Positions 19,904 to 30,558 of a DNA stretch of 64,000 nt are shown here, in pieces. The notes below the pieces were generated by a model that saw only the letters and a program-made list of their open reading frames with translations, did not search any database and was not told the DNA's origin. This DNA comes from an uncultured virus (IMG/VR IMGVR_UViG_3300032268_000966). Lineage: Duplodnaviria; Heunggongvirae; Uroviricota; Caudoviricetes. The DNA lies in IMG/VR virus record IMGVR_UViG_3300032268_000966, one strand, 5' to 3'. Each line of letters begins with the position of its first letter. Position 1 is the stretch's first letter. The position numbers were made by a program, and so were the translations under genes.

Positions 19904-20515
19904 ATGAAAGGTGAATTAAATCCAGCATTAAAAGAGGGAGAAAGAGTTATTTGTTATCATATGGATGGAGAAACAGGTGTCCCTCCAGGTACTGAAGGTA
20001 CTGTTAGAAGAATAAGTAGAGACCCATTTGAGCCAAGCGGAGATGAATTAATCATTGAAGTAAGTTGGGACAACGGAAGTACGTTAGCATTAGTTTCATC
20101 AACCGATGCTTGGAAGAAACCAAAAGAACAAGTTCAAGAGGCGTCAAATACAGGAGACCGTCATTATGATTTTTTTGGTAAAAATCCAGATGTTTTTGAA
20201 AATTTTGATTGGAGATTTTTTAGAGAATTTTTAAATAAGCTTAGAGAATCAGGTGTTGTAAACATGTTTCAAGCTCGTCCTTTTTTATATTCAGGTAGAG
20301 AATGGATTGACCGATATCACGGAGAAAACCAAGAAGACAATGAATCATTTCAGGAAGTCTTAGAAATGGCGGAAGAGTCCAAAAACAAATTGGTTCAAGG
20401 ACTTATGAAATATATGCAATCCAAAAATTTGGATATGGATGATATGAGTAGAGTGAACCATTTGGCCGAAAAATTTGCCAGCAAAATCGTACAATTGTAC
20501 ATGACATTCACCTAA
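19904..20515 (+). CDS. hypothetical protein (SH3-like N-domain plus helical C-domain)
   Basis: VPPGTEGTV...VSWDNGSTLAL; LRESGVVNMF. Confidence 0.7.
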   Translation: MKGELNPALKEGERVICYHMDGETGVPPGTEGTVRRISRDPFEPSGDELIIEVSWDNGSTLALVSSTDAWKKPKEQVQEASNTGDRHYDFFGKNPDVFENFDWRFFREFLNKLRESGVVNMFQARPFLYSGREWIDRYHGENQEDNESFQEVLEMAEESKNKLVQGLMKYMQSKNLDMDDMSRVNHLAEKFASKIVQLYMTFT

Positions 20516-20534
20516 AAGTCTTTTTTTATTTTTT

Positions 20535-22958
20535 TTAACAACCAGGGCAATCCCCATTTGCAATATTAGTAAATTCAGTTCCTGAAGGGCTTGATGTTAT
20601 TCCCACCCAAATTAAACATCCATTAGGTACTATGCCTGTATCTGTTGTAAAGTAAAAATTATCTGCGTAACTACCAGCAATATAATAATTTGAGAAATCG
20701 CAAGGGCTAGTGAACTGAGTATATACTGGAGGACATCCTGTACCGCCCAAAGTGCTTATTGTAGCCGCACCTGCATTTATTATTGCAGTAGCACTAATAT
20801 ATCCAATAATACTGCTATTTGCTAATACTCTTGCATTTACTGAGAATGCACCTATACAATAATTTTGAGTATAAATTGTACTACCATCAGCACAAACATA
20901 TATTGCGTAAGAATTAGCTACATCACTTTCTAAATTAGATGGGTTACTAACTCCATAATAAGTAGAATCTAAATAATATTGATTCCAAGTACTTGAACAT
21001 TCGTTAGTATCTATATTTACCACTTGAGAAGTTACAACATTAGATGAACAACTCCATAAGCGTCCACCTGTATCAGATAATGTAGGTGTAGTGCTTGGGT
21101 AAGCATTAGCTGGGCTTGTTGTATAAATATTATTGTTAGCTTTATACTTTTGGTAAGTAGAAGAACATGGATTAGTATCATAAGTTACTGGGTATGTATT
21201 TACTATACCAACTGAACAAGTGTAATAATTAGTTGATGTACTTGTCCAATTAGCTGTTGTATTACAATTACCATTAGATGGTGTTGAATTTCCAACATTA
21301 ACTCCATTTACACGATAATTATTAACTGTTGCAGAACAAGGATTTGTATCTCTATAAACTAAATAGTTAACACATGTGCCATCATATGGATATCCGCAAG
21401 TGTTATACCCTTGACTAGTCCAAGCTGCTGTATAATTACATGGAGCTCCTGCTCCTAAATTAACGTTTTGAGTTGTATTATAACCCGCGGCACAAGGATT
21501 TGTTTGTCTCTGTGTTTGATAAACAACACATGCAGAACAGAATGTCGACCCTTCATTCACCCAGTTTTGAGTATTATTACCAGAGGCTGGAGGACTCGTA
21601 CCTAAATCAATTGTTCCTGCCCCTGCAAAGTAATGATTGTAAGTGTAAGAGTTAGGGTTTATATCCAAATAAACAGTGTAAAGTGTTGTGTCATAACATG
21701 TTTGATATCCTTGATTAGAATAATTTGGTGTTCTAATAATACTTGTAGTAGGAGTTTGTGTAGGAGTAGATGTTACATTTGGAGTAGGAGTTTGTGTAGG
21801 TATTGTTGAACAATCTATAAAAGATTGAATAATACCACTTATACTTACTTCTACCGCCCAATATGTACCTCCTCGACTCATTTTAAACCATCTGTTTCCA
21901 GCTATTGAAGGATTCCATGCCGTTGTTAAAGATACGTTAGTGTATAATTGATATCCTATACCAGGAGATATACCTGCTGAAGGACTTTGATATAATTGTT
22001 GGCCTGTTAAGGTATTGCTTTGTCGACAAGCGGTTGATGACTCAGTATACGGAGTTGGAGCAGAACCTGGACTATTAGCGGTATAAGTTCCAAACTGAAT
22101 TGCTGGTGTTGTTGACGTTGGAGTTTGCGTCGGAGTTGCTGTTAATGTTGTTGTACTTGTTTGTGTTGGCGTTTGCGTTGCGGTTAATGTTGGAGTAGTC
22201 GTTGGTGTTGGTGTTTGCGTATTTGTAGGTATTGTTGAACAATCTATGAAAGATTGAATAACTCCACCAATACTTACTAGTATCGCCCAATATGTACCTC
22301 CTCGACTCATTTTAAACCATCTATCTCCAGCTATTGAAGGATTCCATGCAATTGTTAAAGAGGTATCGGTGTATAATTGATATCCTACACCTGGAGATGT
22401 TCCTGCCACAGGGCTTTGATACAATACTTGACCTATTAAGGTATCGCTTTGTCGACAAGCGGTTGATGACTCAGTATACGGAGTTGGAGCTGAACCTGGA
22501 CTATTAGCGGTGTAAGTTCCAAACTGAATTGCAGGTGTTGTTGGCGTTGGTGTTTGTGTTTGAGTGGCTGTTAATGTTGTTGTGGTTGTTGGAGTTTGTG
22601 TTTGTGTTGCGGTTAATGTTGTTGTGGTTGTTGGAGTTTGTGTTGAGGTACTAGTAGGAGTTGCGGTATTAGTTGGCGTTGGTGTATATGTTGGTGTTTG
22701 AGTTGGTGTTTGAGTTGCCAACATTAATACCTGTTGATTACTATTAGATGTGTTAACAATAATAACATTAGAGGCACCATCGGGAACGGATACCCCAACA
22801 CCAGGGAATGTCGTAACCTGTGAATATGTTAATCCTGTTGCATTTCCACCACCATAATAAAGAGTTAAGACATTACTTGGACTAACAGAATTATAATAAG
22901 CGTTATAAGGACCTTCCGCCGCTCCTGTATCCATGTATATGTAAAAATTTCTTGCCAT
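20535..22958 (-). CDS. Thr/Pro-rich, Cys-rich fibre/adhesin-like protein with internal duplication
   Basis: TPTxT linkers, ~105-aa duplicated module, repeated DTNPCS motifs. Confidence 0.7.
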   Translation of the reverse strand: MARNFYIYMDTGAAEGPYNAYYNSVSPSNVLTLYYGGGNATGLTYSQVTTFPGVGVSVPDGASNVIIVNTSNSNQQVLMLATQTPTQTPTYTPTPTNTATPTSTSTQTPTTTTTLTATQTQTPTTTTTLTATQTQTPTPTTPAIQFGTYTANSPGSAPTPYTESSTACRQSDTLIGQVLYQSPVAGTSPGVGYQLYTDTSLTIAWNPSIAGDRWFKMSRGGTYWAILVSIGGVIQSFIDCSTIPTNTQTPTPTTTPTLTATQTPTQTSTTTLTATPTQTPTSTTPAIQFGTYTANSPGSAPTPYTESSTACRQSNTLTGQQLYQSPSAGISPGIGYQLYTNVSLTTAWNPSIAGNRWFKMSRGGTYWAVEVSISGIIQSFIDCSTIPTQTPTPNVTSTPTQTPTTSIIRTPNYSNQGYQTCYDTTLYTVYLDINPNSYTYNHYFAGAGTIDLGTSPPASGNNTQNWVNEGSTFCSACVVYQTQRQTNPCAAGYNTTQNVNLGAGAPCNYTAAWTSQGYNTCGYPYDGTCVNYLVYRDTNPCSATVNNYRVNGVNVGNSTPSNGNCNTTANWTSTSTNYYTCSVGIVNTYPVTYDTNPCSSTYQKYKANNNIYTTSPANAYPSTTPTLSDTGGRLWSCSSNVVTSQVVNIDTNECSSTWNQYYLDSTYYGVSNPSNLESDVANSYAIYVCADGSTIYTQNYCIGAFSVNARVLANSSIIGYISATAIINAGAATISTLGGTGCPPVYTQFTSPCDFSNYYIAGSYADNFYFTTDTGIVPNGCLIWVGITSSPSGTEFTNIANGDCPGC
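21797..22540. repeat. intragenic direct repeat (~315 bp, offset 429 bp)
   Basis: TPAIQFGTYTANSPGSAPTPYTESSTACRQS...FIDCSTIPT is encoded twice with near-identical DNA. Confidence 0.9.
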
Positions 22959-22980
22959 TGTCTATATTATATGTATTAGG

Positions 22981-25584
22981 TTATGATGTTATGTAATTGA
23001 ATGTTAAACCATAATTTGCAGACCTCCATACTCCAACCGTATCTCTAACAATAATGTATTGTCCACTGTTGGAAACAGATAATCTATATCTACAATTTTT
23101 AGTTGGTGATACTTCAGTAATAACAGGTGTTGTATCTAAATTCACAACTCTTACTAAATTACTTGAAATTGTTGTTGACGCATATGCTGTTGTACCACTC
23201 ACAGCGTCATTATAGATGGCAACAGTTGACCACGTTCTATTAGGAACACTACCGCTAGTAATATTATTCCATGTTGTACCTGAATCTTGCGAATATTTTA
23301 AGAAGGTATATCCTCCAGAATTATTGAATGCTGAAATTGCACGACTACCGTCTCTGGATATACTAACACTTGTTCCATTACTTGCCGATAACGTACTTGT
23401 AACTTCTGCAAATGTTGCGCCATAATTACTTGAACGATATATTACACCTGCGCTAGGGTCAACAACACCAGCACTCGCAGTTGCAAGTATGATTTGGCCA
23501 TTAGAGCTTATTGTAACTTGGCTAATAACTGAATATAGTGATGCAATATAAAATTGATAACTATTTAAACTCCAAGTTGAACCATAATCATTTGAAACAT
23601 AAATACAGAAAATTAAAGCGTCTCCACCAGTTCCAAATTGGAACCTTGTTAAATCAGTTCCAACAACTTGATATTGACCGTCGTTTGAAATTGCAACTGA
23701 ACTAGAAAACAATTTGTCGCTTGGAATATAACCAGGTGGTGCAGGGAATGAAGTATTTGGTATTTGTAACCATGTCACGCCATAATCAGACGATTTATAA
23801 GTAAAAGTAGTCGTATCATTATAACCTACAGCTAACATATATTGTCCGTCATCAGAAACCCCAACACTTCTCCAATATCCAGGAATTCTAACTCCTGTAA
23901 AATTCGCACCATAATTATTTGAAACAAATATGTATCCTTTTGCTTTCTTATTGATATCCCCTCCCTGAGCAATTATTTGATATTGACCTGTTGTTTGGCT
24001 TATTGCGTTTGATGTAAATGCAGATGTTTGGAACCCTGTGGATGGAAATGGTGTTGCGGTTGGTGTTGGAGTAAGTGTTGGTGTTGTAGTTACAGTTGGT
24101 GTTTGAGTTACACATACAGAACATGAACTTGTCACTATTGCAGTTTCATCACCAAAAGTGATACTAACCTGAACATAATACGACCCAGATGATATGTAAT
24201 ACGTACCTGTTGAGAATTGAGCAAAAACAGGATTAGTTAAAGTTGTACTATTACAGAATGTTGTGTTATTACCAACAGTTGGGTCAGGGTTAAAAAATAT
24301 TGAACCACATGCTATTGACGGACTAATTTTAGGGTCAGAAGTTATTTCTGAAAAATATGATGGTGTCTGTGTTGGAGTTTGGGTTGGAGTAGCTGTTGGG
24401 CTATAAATTCCGCAACTTGTAGTTTCTGTAATTGTTATACTATCCAATGGTGTTGAAACTAAAGCACCTCTTTGAGCACAGAAAACTCCATTACCTCCAT
24501 TAGGAACTGTTAAAGATATTGCAGTTCCATAACAATCCATGTATTGTAATCTAGCAGAATTTCCACTGTTATTCACATAACTGTAGTTGTAACAAATAGT
24601 ATCAATTGGTAATAATACAAAATGAAATGATGCATTACTTGTTGGAGTTGGTGTTTGAGTAGTTGTTGGTGTTAATGTTTGAGTTGGGCTTACAGATGGT
24701 GTTAATGTTGGAGTTACCGATTGTGTTGGAGTTACCGATTGTGTTGGAGTTGGAGTAACTACCACACAACTTTCTATATTGTATACTGTTGCACCCTCTA
24801 AATTAAACGTATTACCACTATAATAGTAATAACCAAATGTTGTATTTCTAAATAAAGTTAAACCTTTATTATCTTCATATAAAGTTGTTCCATCATCAAA
24901 AGTACCATTCCAATATAATGTAATATTATAAATTGTTGTTGTACCACTACAAGCATCATAGTTGGAATTAAATCCATCAGGAATTTCTTCACTATACAAG
25001 TCGTAATACCCAATCAACCCACTTGAAGTCAGATTAGGAGTTGGTGTTGGTGTTAGCGTTTGAGTCGCAGTAATTGAAGGTGTTGGAGTTTGTGTTTGAG
25101 TAGGTGTTTGTGTGATTGTTGGTGTTGATGTATTAGTAGGTGTTGATGTTACTGTTTGTGTTTGTGTTGCGGTTACTGTTGGAGTAGTGGTTGGAGTAGT
25201 AGTTGGAGTTTGTGTAACATTAATTGTTGGTGTTGCTGTTGGCGTTAATGTTGGACAAGGTCCTGTTGACCCACTATGAAGGAATATGTTGTTTGCATTA
25301 GTTGCCCATGTAACATTTTCATCTGTAGTTCTTCCAGTACCTCCAAATAGTTGTAAATAATAATTTAATTGTTCTCTACCTGTTGCAACCATTGCGGCCC
25401 ATCCATGTTGTCCTCCAATCTTATAAATGGTATACCCATCACATGTTGGGTCAACTCCTGACCAAAATCCTGTATCAACCGTTGCACCAAGGCCTTTTGT
25501 AGTTGCAGAGAAATATGTGAAATCACCTTTAACGGTTCCTCCAGCAATAGACGTTGTTCCTGATTTTATAATTAATATGGACAT
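22981..25584 (-). CDS. Thr/Pro-rich fibre/adhesin-like protein with C-terminal BNR/Asp-box beta-propeller
   Basis: Repeated S-x-(D/N)-YG-x-T-(W/F) boxes; TPT linkers. Confidence 0.75.
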   Translation of the reverse strand: MSILIIKSGTTSIAGGTVKGDFTYFSATTKGLGATVDTGFWSGVDPTCDGYTIYKIGGQHGWAAMVATGREQLNYYLQLFGGTGRTTDENVTWATNANNIFLHSGSTGPCPTLTPTATPTINVTQTPTTTPTTTPTVTATQTQTVTSTPTNTSTPTITQTPTQTQTPTPSITATQTLTPTPTPNLTSSGLIGYYDLYSEEIPDGFNSNYDACSGTTTIYNITLYWNGTFDDGTTLYEDNKGLTLFRNTTFGYYYYSGNTFNLEGATVYNIESCVVVTPTPTQSVTPTQSVTPTLTPSVSPTQTLTPTTTQTPTPTSNASFHFVLLPIDTICYNYSYVNNSGNSARLQYMDCYGTAISLTVPNGGNGVFCAQRGALVSTPLDSITITETTSCGIYSPTATPTQTPTQTPSYFSEITSDPKISPSIACGSIFFNPDPTVGNNTTFCNSTTLTNPVFAQFSTGTYYISSGSYYVQVSITFGDETAIVTSSCSVCVTQTPTVTTTPTLTPTPTATPFPSTGFQTSAFTSNAISQTTGQYQIIAQGGDINKKAKGYIFVSNNYGANFTGVRIPGYWRSVGVSDDGQYMLAVGYNDTTTFTYKSSDYGVTWLQIPNTSFPAPPGYIPSDKLFSSSVAISNDGQYQVVGTDLTRFQFGTGGDALIFCIYVSNDYGSTWSLNSYQFYIASLYSVISQVTISSNGQIILATASAGVVDPSAGVIYRSSNYGATFAEVTSTLSASNGTSVSISRDGSRAISAFNNSGGYTFLKYSQDSGTTWNNITSGSVPNRTWSTVAIYNDAVSGTTAYASTTISSNLVRVVNLDTTPVITEVSPTKNCRYRLSVSNSGQYIIVRDTVGVWRSANYGLTFNYITS

Positions 25585-25629
25585 GTAAGAATCATTTCAT
25601 TTATTATGTTGATTTTTAACAAGTCCCTA

Positions 25630-28287
25630 TTAAGGTATATCTTGTGTATCTATTGTTAATGATAGGGTTTGAACTGTTGGTGCATCTACAACATATGAAT
25701 ATGTAGTCAAACTTCCAACGAAACCAGGACAACCTGTTCCTCCAGCACCTTCCATAGCACAATTTATACTTGTTCCAAATATTACAACATCTCCTGTTGT
25801 TAATCCTGAAATTGTATAAAGAAGTGTGCAAGTGATTGGAAAAATAACTGATGTTCCACCAGGTATGTTTATATTACCACCACCATTTATACTATAAAAC
25901 ATAGTTATTGTTTGAGGTGTGCTAGCAATATCTAATACGCGTAATTCTAAACTTTTATCTGCCACTGGTGTTGAACTTGGTGTTGGTGTATTTGTTGATG
26001 TTGGTGTTGGTGTTGGTGTTACCACATTACAACAAGGCCCAATACTATCTATTGTGAAAGAAGCGCTACCCCCAAGAGTGTTTTTATTAATACACGTTGC
26101 AACACCAATAACTTCAGGACCAATACCTACGTTTTGGGATTGTCCCACCCCATTACAATCTAAATAAGTTATTACACCCGAGCTTGTAACCTCAACATTT
26201 ACAAATTGAACACAATCGCATGTTGGTGTTAATGTAGGTGTTGGCGTTGGTGTTGTACCTCCAGGACATGAACCAAGACAAGTAAGTGTATATTCATAAG
26301 CATCGCTTATTGGAGTAGTTGGAGATGCATTACCTGCTTCAACTAATACATATCTACCTGATGGTGATAAGAAACAAATGTTCGAATTACCTGTCGATGG
26401 AGTGTTTAAAGACGCTCCCCAAGGTCCTGCATAATCTGCAAATCCAACCCATCCGCTAGTCCATAATAATCCAGTGGAATCATATACTGTAAATCTATTA
26501 GGTCTATCGATAGAACCCCAACTAAAGTTAATATAACTGTCAACACTACTACTAACAGGTTGGTTAGGATATGTATACTGATTATTGCCTGAATATGTAC
26601 CTGAAATCGTTCCACCACTACATCCTAAACTAGGAACTAAAGTAGATGTTGGTGTGGGCGTTGATGTTGGTGTTGGAGTTGGTGTAAAACAATAATTAGA
26701 TGATACTGAGAAACTTCTTACTCCACGAACATTTGCAGAATATGATTTTAAATACCCATTGGAAATGACTCCAGTTGGATAATCAAGCCCAAATACTGTA
26801 TTTGCATTATTTTCTGATGATGTCAACCATGTCAAATTTGCACCACCAATAAAACCGCCAATCAATGCTCTATTTATGTATAACTGAGCTAATTCATCCT
26901 TGCTCGGCAAGTACCAATCAGAGTAACCACCTTCAGTTAAATCTCCACAAAGTCTAGCAGCAATACCTGCAGTTGCACAATCTGTCATAATAGCAATTGT
27001 ATTTGCATCTCCAGTACCAATTGTAGTTCCTGTCGCACCAGGTATTGATAGACCTTCACATCCCCATATAGCATTTGTAGAAACATCTCCTGTAGTAGCA
27101 ATTAAACCTCCAGTATACCCTGGAACATATCCAGAGTCACCAGGTTGTAAAATATATGCCACCACACCACCTTGGAATGAGGTACCAATTGATAACTCAC
27201 AAATATTAATAGTAGGTGTTGGAGTTGGATTTGGCGTTGGATTTGGCGTTGGTGAACAAAGTGGTGCAATATCACAAGGGTCAGTATAAGTTCCATTATA
27301 TCTTGGTAATAATGCGTTATAGTTTTGAGCAATTTCAGTAGAACTTAACGCTCTATCAAAAATTTGAACTTCTCCCATATTACCATCAAAATATTCAGTA
27401 GTATTTGTTAGTCCGATTGTTAAATTACTCGAAGTTGTTACATTGTGTCCTGTTGGAGTATCCGAACCAATTAAAGAACCGTCAACGTAAATTGAACGAG
27501 TTGTACCGTCAAAAGTTGCAACCGCGTAGTACCAATTTCCAGGAGTTATTGTCGTAACTACCGCTAAATCATTTCCCCACCAATAATTAGTTAATCCATT
27601 TGAGGTTAATCTAAATGCATTCACCTCGTTTGCAGTACCATAATTACCCCACCCAACAAGACCTTTGTCTCCAAGGGTGTCAGCATTAAACCAAACTCCA
27701 ATAGTGTAATTAGAATTTCCTACAGGAATTCCTGTTGTAGCGCTAAATGAAACATATTGGTTAGTACCATTTAGTACTAAACTACCTCGTAATGCCGAAT
27801 TGTAAGTAATACCATTATTTAATAGACCCGTGTTATCATTTCCTGTTAAATCATACCATGTGTTAAATACTAAAGGATATGATGGCGGAAAATTTGAATC
27901 TAAATTTAAAACACAACCACTTGTAACTATTGAGGGATATTCTTGATTTGTAATAAAATAACCTTCATAAATTGCCCAATTTATTGCATCTGATAATGTT
28001 CCAAAAGGACCTGCGAATTTTGATGAGGCTAATTTATTAATCCCATCAATTAAATCGGAATCGGTCAAACCAGAAGTTTGAAATCCCATCGCTCTTGCGG
28101 TTAATTGATTGGTTTTACCATTTGTGTAACTATCAGTAACAATTAAGTATTGATTACATATTCCGTAATCTGGACACCAAAGTAAAGAACCTAAATTAAC
28201 AGTGTTATTAACGTCCATTACAATTGTTCCAAATTGCAATGCGTTTGAGATGGTACTTCCAGAATTATAAGCGACAAGATTCGGCAT
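25630..28287 (-). CDS. Thr/Pro-rich fibre/adhesin-like protein with LamG/ConA-like and DUF1566-like domains
   Basis: WYYAVATFDG..IYVDG..IFDRALS (LamG); GGYSDWYLPSKDEL (DUF1566-like). Confidence 0.8.
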   Translation of the reverse strand: MPNLVAYNSGSTISNALQFGTIVMDVNNTVNLGSLLWCPDYGICNQYLIVTDSYTNGKTNQLTARAMGFQTSGLTDSDLIDGINKLASSKFAGPFGTLSDAINWAIYEGYFITNQEYPSIVTSGCVLNLDSNFPPSYPLVFNTWYDLTGNDNTGLLNNGITYNSALRGSLVLNGTNQYVSFSATTGIPVGNSNYTIGVWFNADTLGDKGLVGWGNYGTANEVNAFRLTSNGLTNYWWGNDLAVVTTITPGNWYYAVATFDGTTRSIYVDGSLIGSDTPTGHNVTTSSNLTIGLTNTTEYFDGNMGEVQIFDRALSSTEIAQNYNALLPRYNGTYTDPCDIAPLCSPTPNPTPNPTPTPTINICELSIGTSFQGGVVAYILQPGDSGYVPGYTGGLIATTGDVSTNAIWGCEGLSIPGATGTTIGTGDANTIAIMTDCATAGIAARLCGDLTEGGYSDWYLPSKDELAQLYINRALIGGFIGGANLTWLTSSENNANTVFGLDYPTGVISNGYLKSYSANVRGVRSFSVSSNYCFTPTPTPTSTPTPTSTLVPSLGCSGGTISGTYSGNNQYTYPNQPVSSSVDSYINFSWGSIDRPNRFTVYDSTGLLWTSGWVGFADYAGPWGASLNTPSTGNSNICFLSPSGRYVLVEAGNASPTTPISDAYEYTLTCLGSCPGGTTPTPTPTLTPTCDCVQFVNVEVTSSGVITYLDCNGVGQSQNVGIGPEVIGVATCINKNTLGGSASFTIDSIGPCCNVVTPTPTPTSTNTPTPSSTPVADKSLELRVLDIASTPQTITMFYSINGGGNINIPGGTSVIFPITCTLLYTISGLTTGDVVIFGTSINCAMEGAGGTGCPGFVGSLTTYSYVVDAPTVQTLSLTIDTQDIP

Positions 28288-28404
28288 TAATTAATTAATT
28301 ATATCAATAAATATAACAACAAATTAATTAGGAAGAGGAAATGCTATTTTACGGTGAGATTTATAATTCTCTAAAATAAACTCCTCATAAACTTTCTTCT
28401 CTCA

Positions 28405-28839
28405 TTACTTCTTATTAATAATGTCACTTGACTTGTGGGTTTTTAACCCTAATCCGTCAACTATTTTTATTCCTAATGACTCACAAACTACTTTCTCAGG
28501 GATTTCGTTTGCAAATCGGTCTCCACCCTTTGTAAAAATAATTTCAGACTCAGGGTCTAACGATTTAATCTTATCGTAAAATAATTTAATTGTTTCACAA
28601 ACACTACCATCTTGGTCGATAGCGATTTCTGCGTGGTCGACGTATCTGATTGATTCAATAACCACTTTACGATATTCTTCATCTTGAAAAGAAGGTATTC
28701 CTCTTTTTAATTCAGCTTGTTTATCATTGTTTACAATAACCCATAGTTTGTCCACAAGTTCTTTGGACAACATAAGACATTCAATATGTCCTGGATGGAT
28801 TGGGTTTCCGTACATTGATGTTATTCCATATTTTTTCAT
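28405..28839 (-). CDS. HxGH cytidylyltransferase-family protein
   Basis: NPIHPGH and FTKGGDR motifs. Confidence 0.85.
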   Translation of the reverse strand: MKKYGITSMYGNPIHPGHIECLMLSKELVDKLWVIVNNDKQAELKRGIPSFQDEEYRKVVIESIRYVDHAEIAIDQDGSVCETIKLFYDKIKSLDPESEIIFTKGGDRFANEIPEKVVCESLGIKIVDGLGLKTHKSSDIINKK

Positions 28840-29060
28840 TAAACAGTAATTTGAATTATTGTTTTATCTTCTTTCTTTATTATTTTGTAATTTTTTAAAA
28901 AACGATTGTCTAGTGAAAGACAATATTTTTTCAAATCAATAATTGTTTTATCCTTATCTTCACCTCTGATGACTCCAGTAATTGTTTGAGGTGCAAAATC
29001 AATTCCAATATTGTGCCATTCGTCACCGATTATTTCGGGTAATATTATTTCGTATTCCAT
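28839..29060 (-). CDS. hypothetical protein
   Basis: 73 aa, coupled to neighbours. Confidence 0.55.
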   Translation of the reverse strand: MEYEIILPEIIGDEWHNIGIDFAPQTITGVIRGEDKDKTIIDLKKYCLSLDNRFLKNYKIIKKEDKTIIQITV

Positions 29061-30316
29061 TAGTTTGATAAGGGAGCTTTAATCGGTGGATGAGATTTAT
29101 AATTTAATAATTCAAAACAATCAGGTCTTAATGCTAATATTTTTTCATTAAAAGTCTTTTCACCTAAATGTTCTTTAACTTTTTCATGTTGATACCATTC
29201 TCTATGAGTTATTTTAACTGACGGTAAAGGATAGGGTTCTCTTGTTCTGATTGGGATTTCTTTATCATCCATCATATCTAGCCCATTTATTTTTCCGTAA
29301 GCGTTCCCACCGCCTTCTTCCCATGTTTTATCATGTCCTGTGTACATGGCATACCTTTCATCAAAAGTTAACGTTCTTCCAATCTGTTCCTTTGCTTGTT
29401 CGATATGGTTTGAATATAAATGAACGTCACCTAAATTACCAATCAACTCATCAGGAATCATATTAACTTCTTTGGCAATGATATTCAATAACAACGCATA
29501 AGACGCAATATTAAATGGAAGACCTAAGAATGTGTCTACTGAACGTTGATTCCACATTAATGAGATTGCTCTCTTTGGTGTTGGAGTATAATACGGGTTA
29601 TCAAAATCAGGTAAATTCTTTGGGTCAAAGAACCTTTCCATACCTGTTTCGTAGTTGTTATTAAACCAAATATTATATCTTCTTAAGTCACTTAATTCAG
29701 TTGTATAAACTTGAAATCCATAATGACAAGGCGGTAAAACCATTTGGTCTAACTCACCTACATTCCAAGCATTAACCATCAATCTTCTACTATCGGGATT
29801 TGTTTTAAGTTCGTTGATTAAGTGTTGGATTTGGTCTATTGATTTTGATTCTTCTTCGTAGTGATTCTTTCCGTCATACCATTCATTCTTTTGGTATTTC
29901 CAACTTCTCCATTGCTTACCATAGATTGGTCCTAACTCACCCCATTTGTCACTAAACTCTTTTTCATGTTTAATTTTTAAAATGAAGGTGTCCTTTGTAT
30001 TTGGTTGGGCGTATGGATTTTCTTTGGTAAATTCTGTAACGTATCTTTTATAAGCGTCCCCATCCCAAATATGACAATCGTAATCTAATAGGAATTTGAT
30101 ATTCGTATCACCTCTTAAAAACCATAATAGTTCTGTTACTACTGAATTCCAGTGCATTTTTTTAGTAGTCAGTAACGGAAACCCTTCATTCATGTTATGG
30201 CGTATTTGACGACCAAATACTGAAATTGTACCAGTACCTGTTCTATCTTTTTTCTCCACTCCATTATCAAGAATGTCTTGAAGTAACTCTGTGTATTGTT
30301 TATCTATATTGTTCAT
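29060..30316 (-). CDS. thyA: thymidylate synthase with insertions
   Basis: DRTGTGT, FPLLTTKK, ELLWF, LPPCH, QRSVD.FLGLPFNIASY and GDVHLY motifs. Confidence 0.97.
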   Translation of the reverse strand: MNNIDKQYTELLQDILDNGVEKKDRTGTGTISVFGRQIRHNMNEGFPLLTTKKMHWNSVVTELLWFLRGDTNIKFLLDYDCHIWDGDAYKRYVTEFTKENPYAQPNTKDTFILKIKHEKEFSDKWGELGPIYGKQWRSWKYQKNEWYDGKNHYEEESKSIDQIQHLINELKTNPDSRRLMVNAWNVGELDQMVLPPCHYGFQVYTTELSDLRRYNIWFNNNYETGMERFFDPKNLPDFDNPYYTPTPKRAISLMWNQRSVDTFLGLPFNIASYALLLNIIAKEVNMIPDELIGNLGDVHLYSNHIEQAKEQIGRTLTFDERYAMYTGHDKTWEEGGGNAYGKINGLDMMDDKEIPIRTREPYPLPSVKITHREWYQHEKVKEHLGEKTFNEKILALRPDCFELLNYKSHPPIKAPLSN

Positions 30317-30558
30317 ATTAATCCTCCTTCTTTTTTCCAATCTTCTTCCATATGATTTCTTGACGAGTTATAGTTTCCATAATCACCCCAATAATTCAAT
30401 AAAGATTCAAACGCTAATTTAAGTTTATTGTATTTTTCTTCTGATTCGTTTAATCCTAAGATATAAGAATCCATCATTGCATCAACAATGGATTCTTTAT
30501 CTAAGAATGAAGTATGTACGATTTTTGATTCGTAGATTTCGTCTATTTTATTTTTCAT
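30313..30558 (-). CDS. hypothetical protein
   Basis: 81 aa, coupled to neighbours. Confidence 0.65.
   Translation of the reverse strand: MKNKIDEIYESKIVHTSFLDKESIVDAMMDSYILGLNESEEKYNKLKLAFESLLNYWGDYGNYNSSRNHMEEDWKKEGGLI

Noticed and set aside
21797..22540. Diversity-generating retroelement TR/VR pair (also considered for 55340-56168)
   Set aside because: Both copies are in-frame within one gene, differences are not adenine-specific, and there is no reverse transcriptase in the window.
29060..30316. Intron or intein in thyA
   Set aside because: The frame is continuous, the insertions are short, and splicing motifs are absent.
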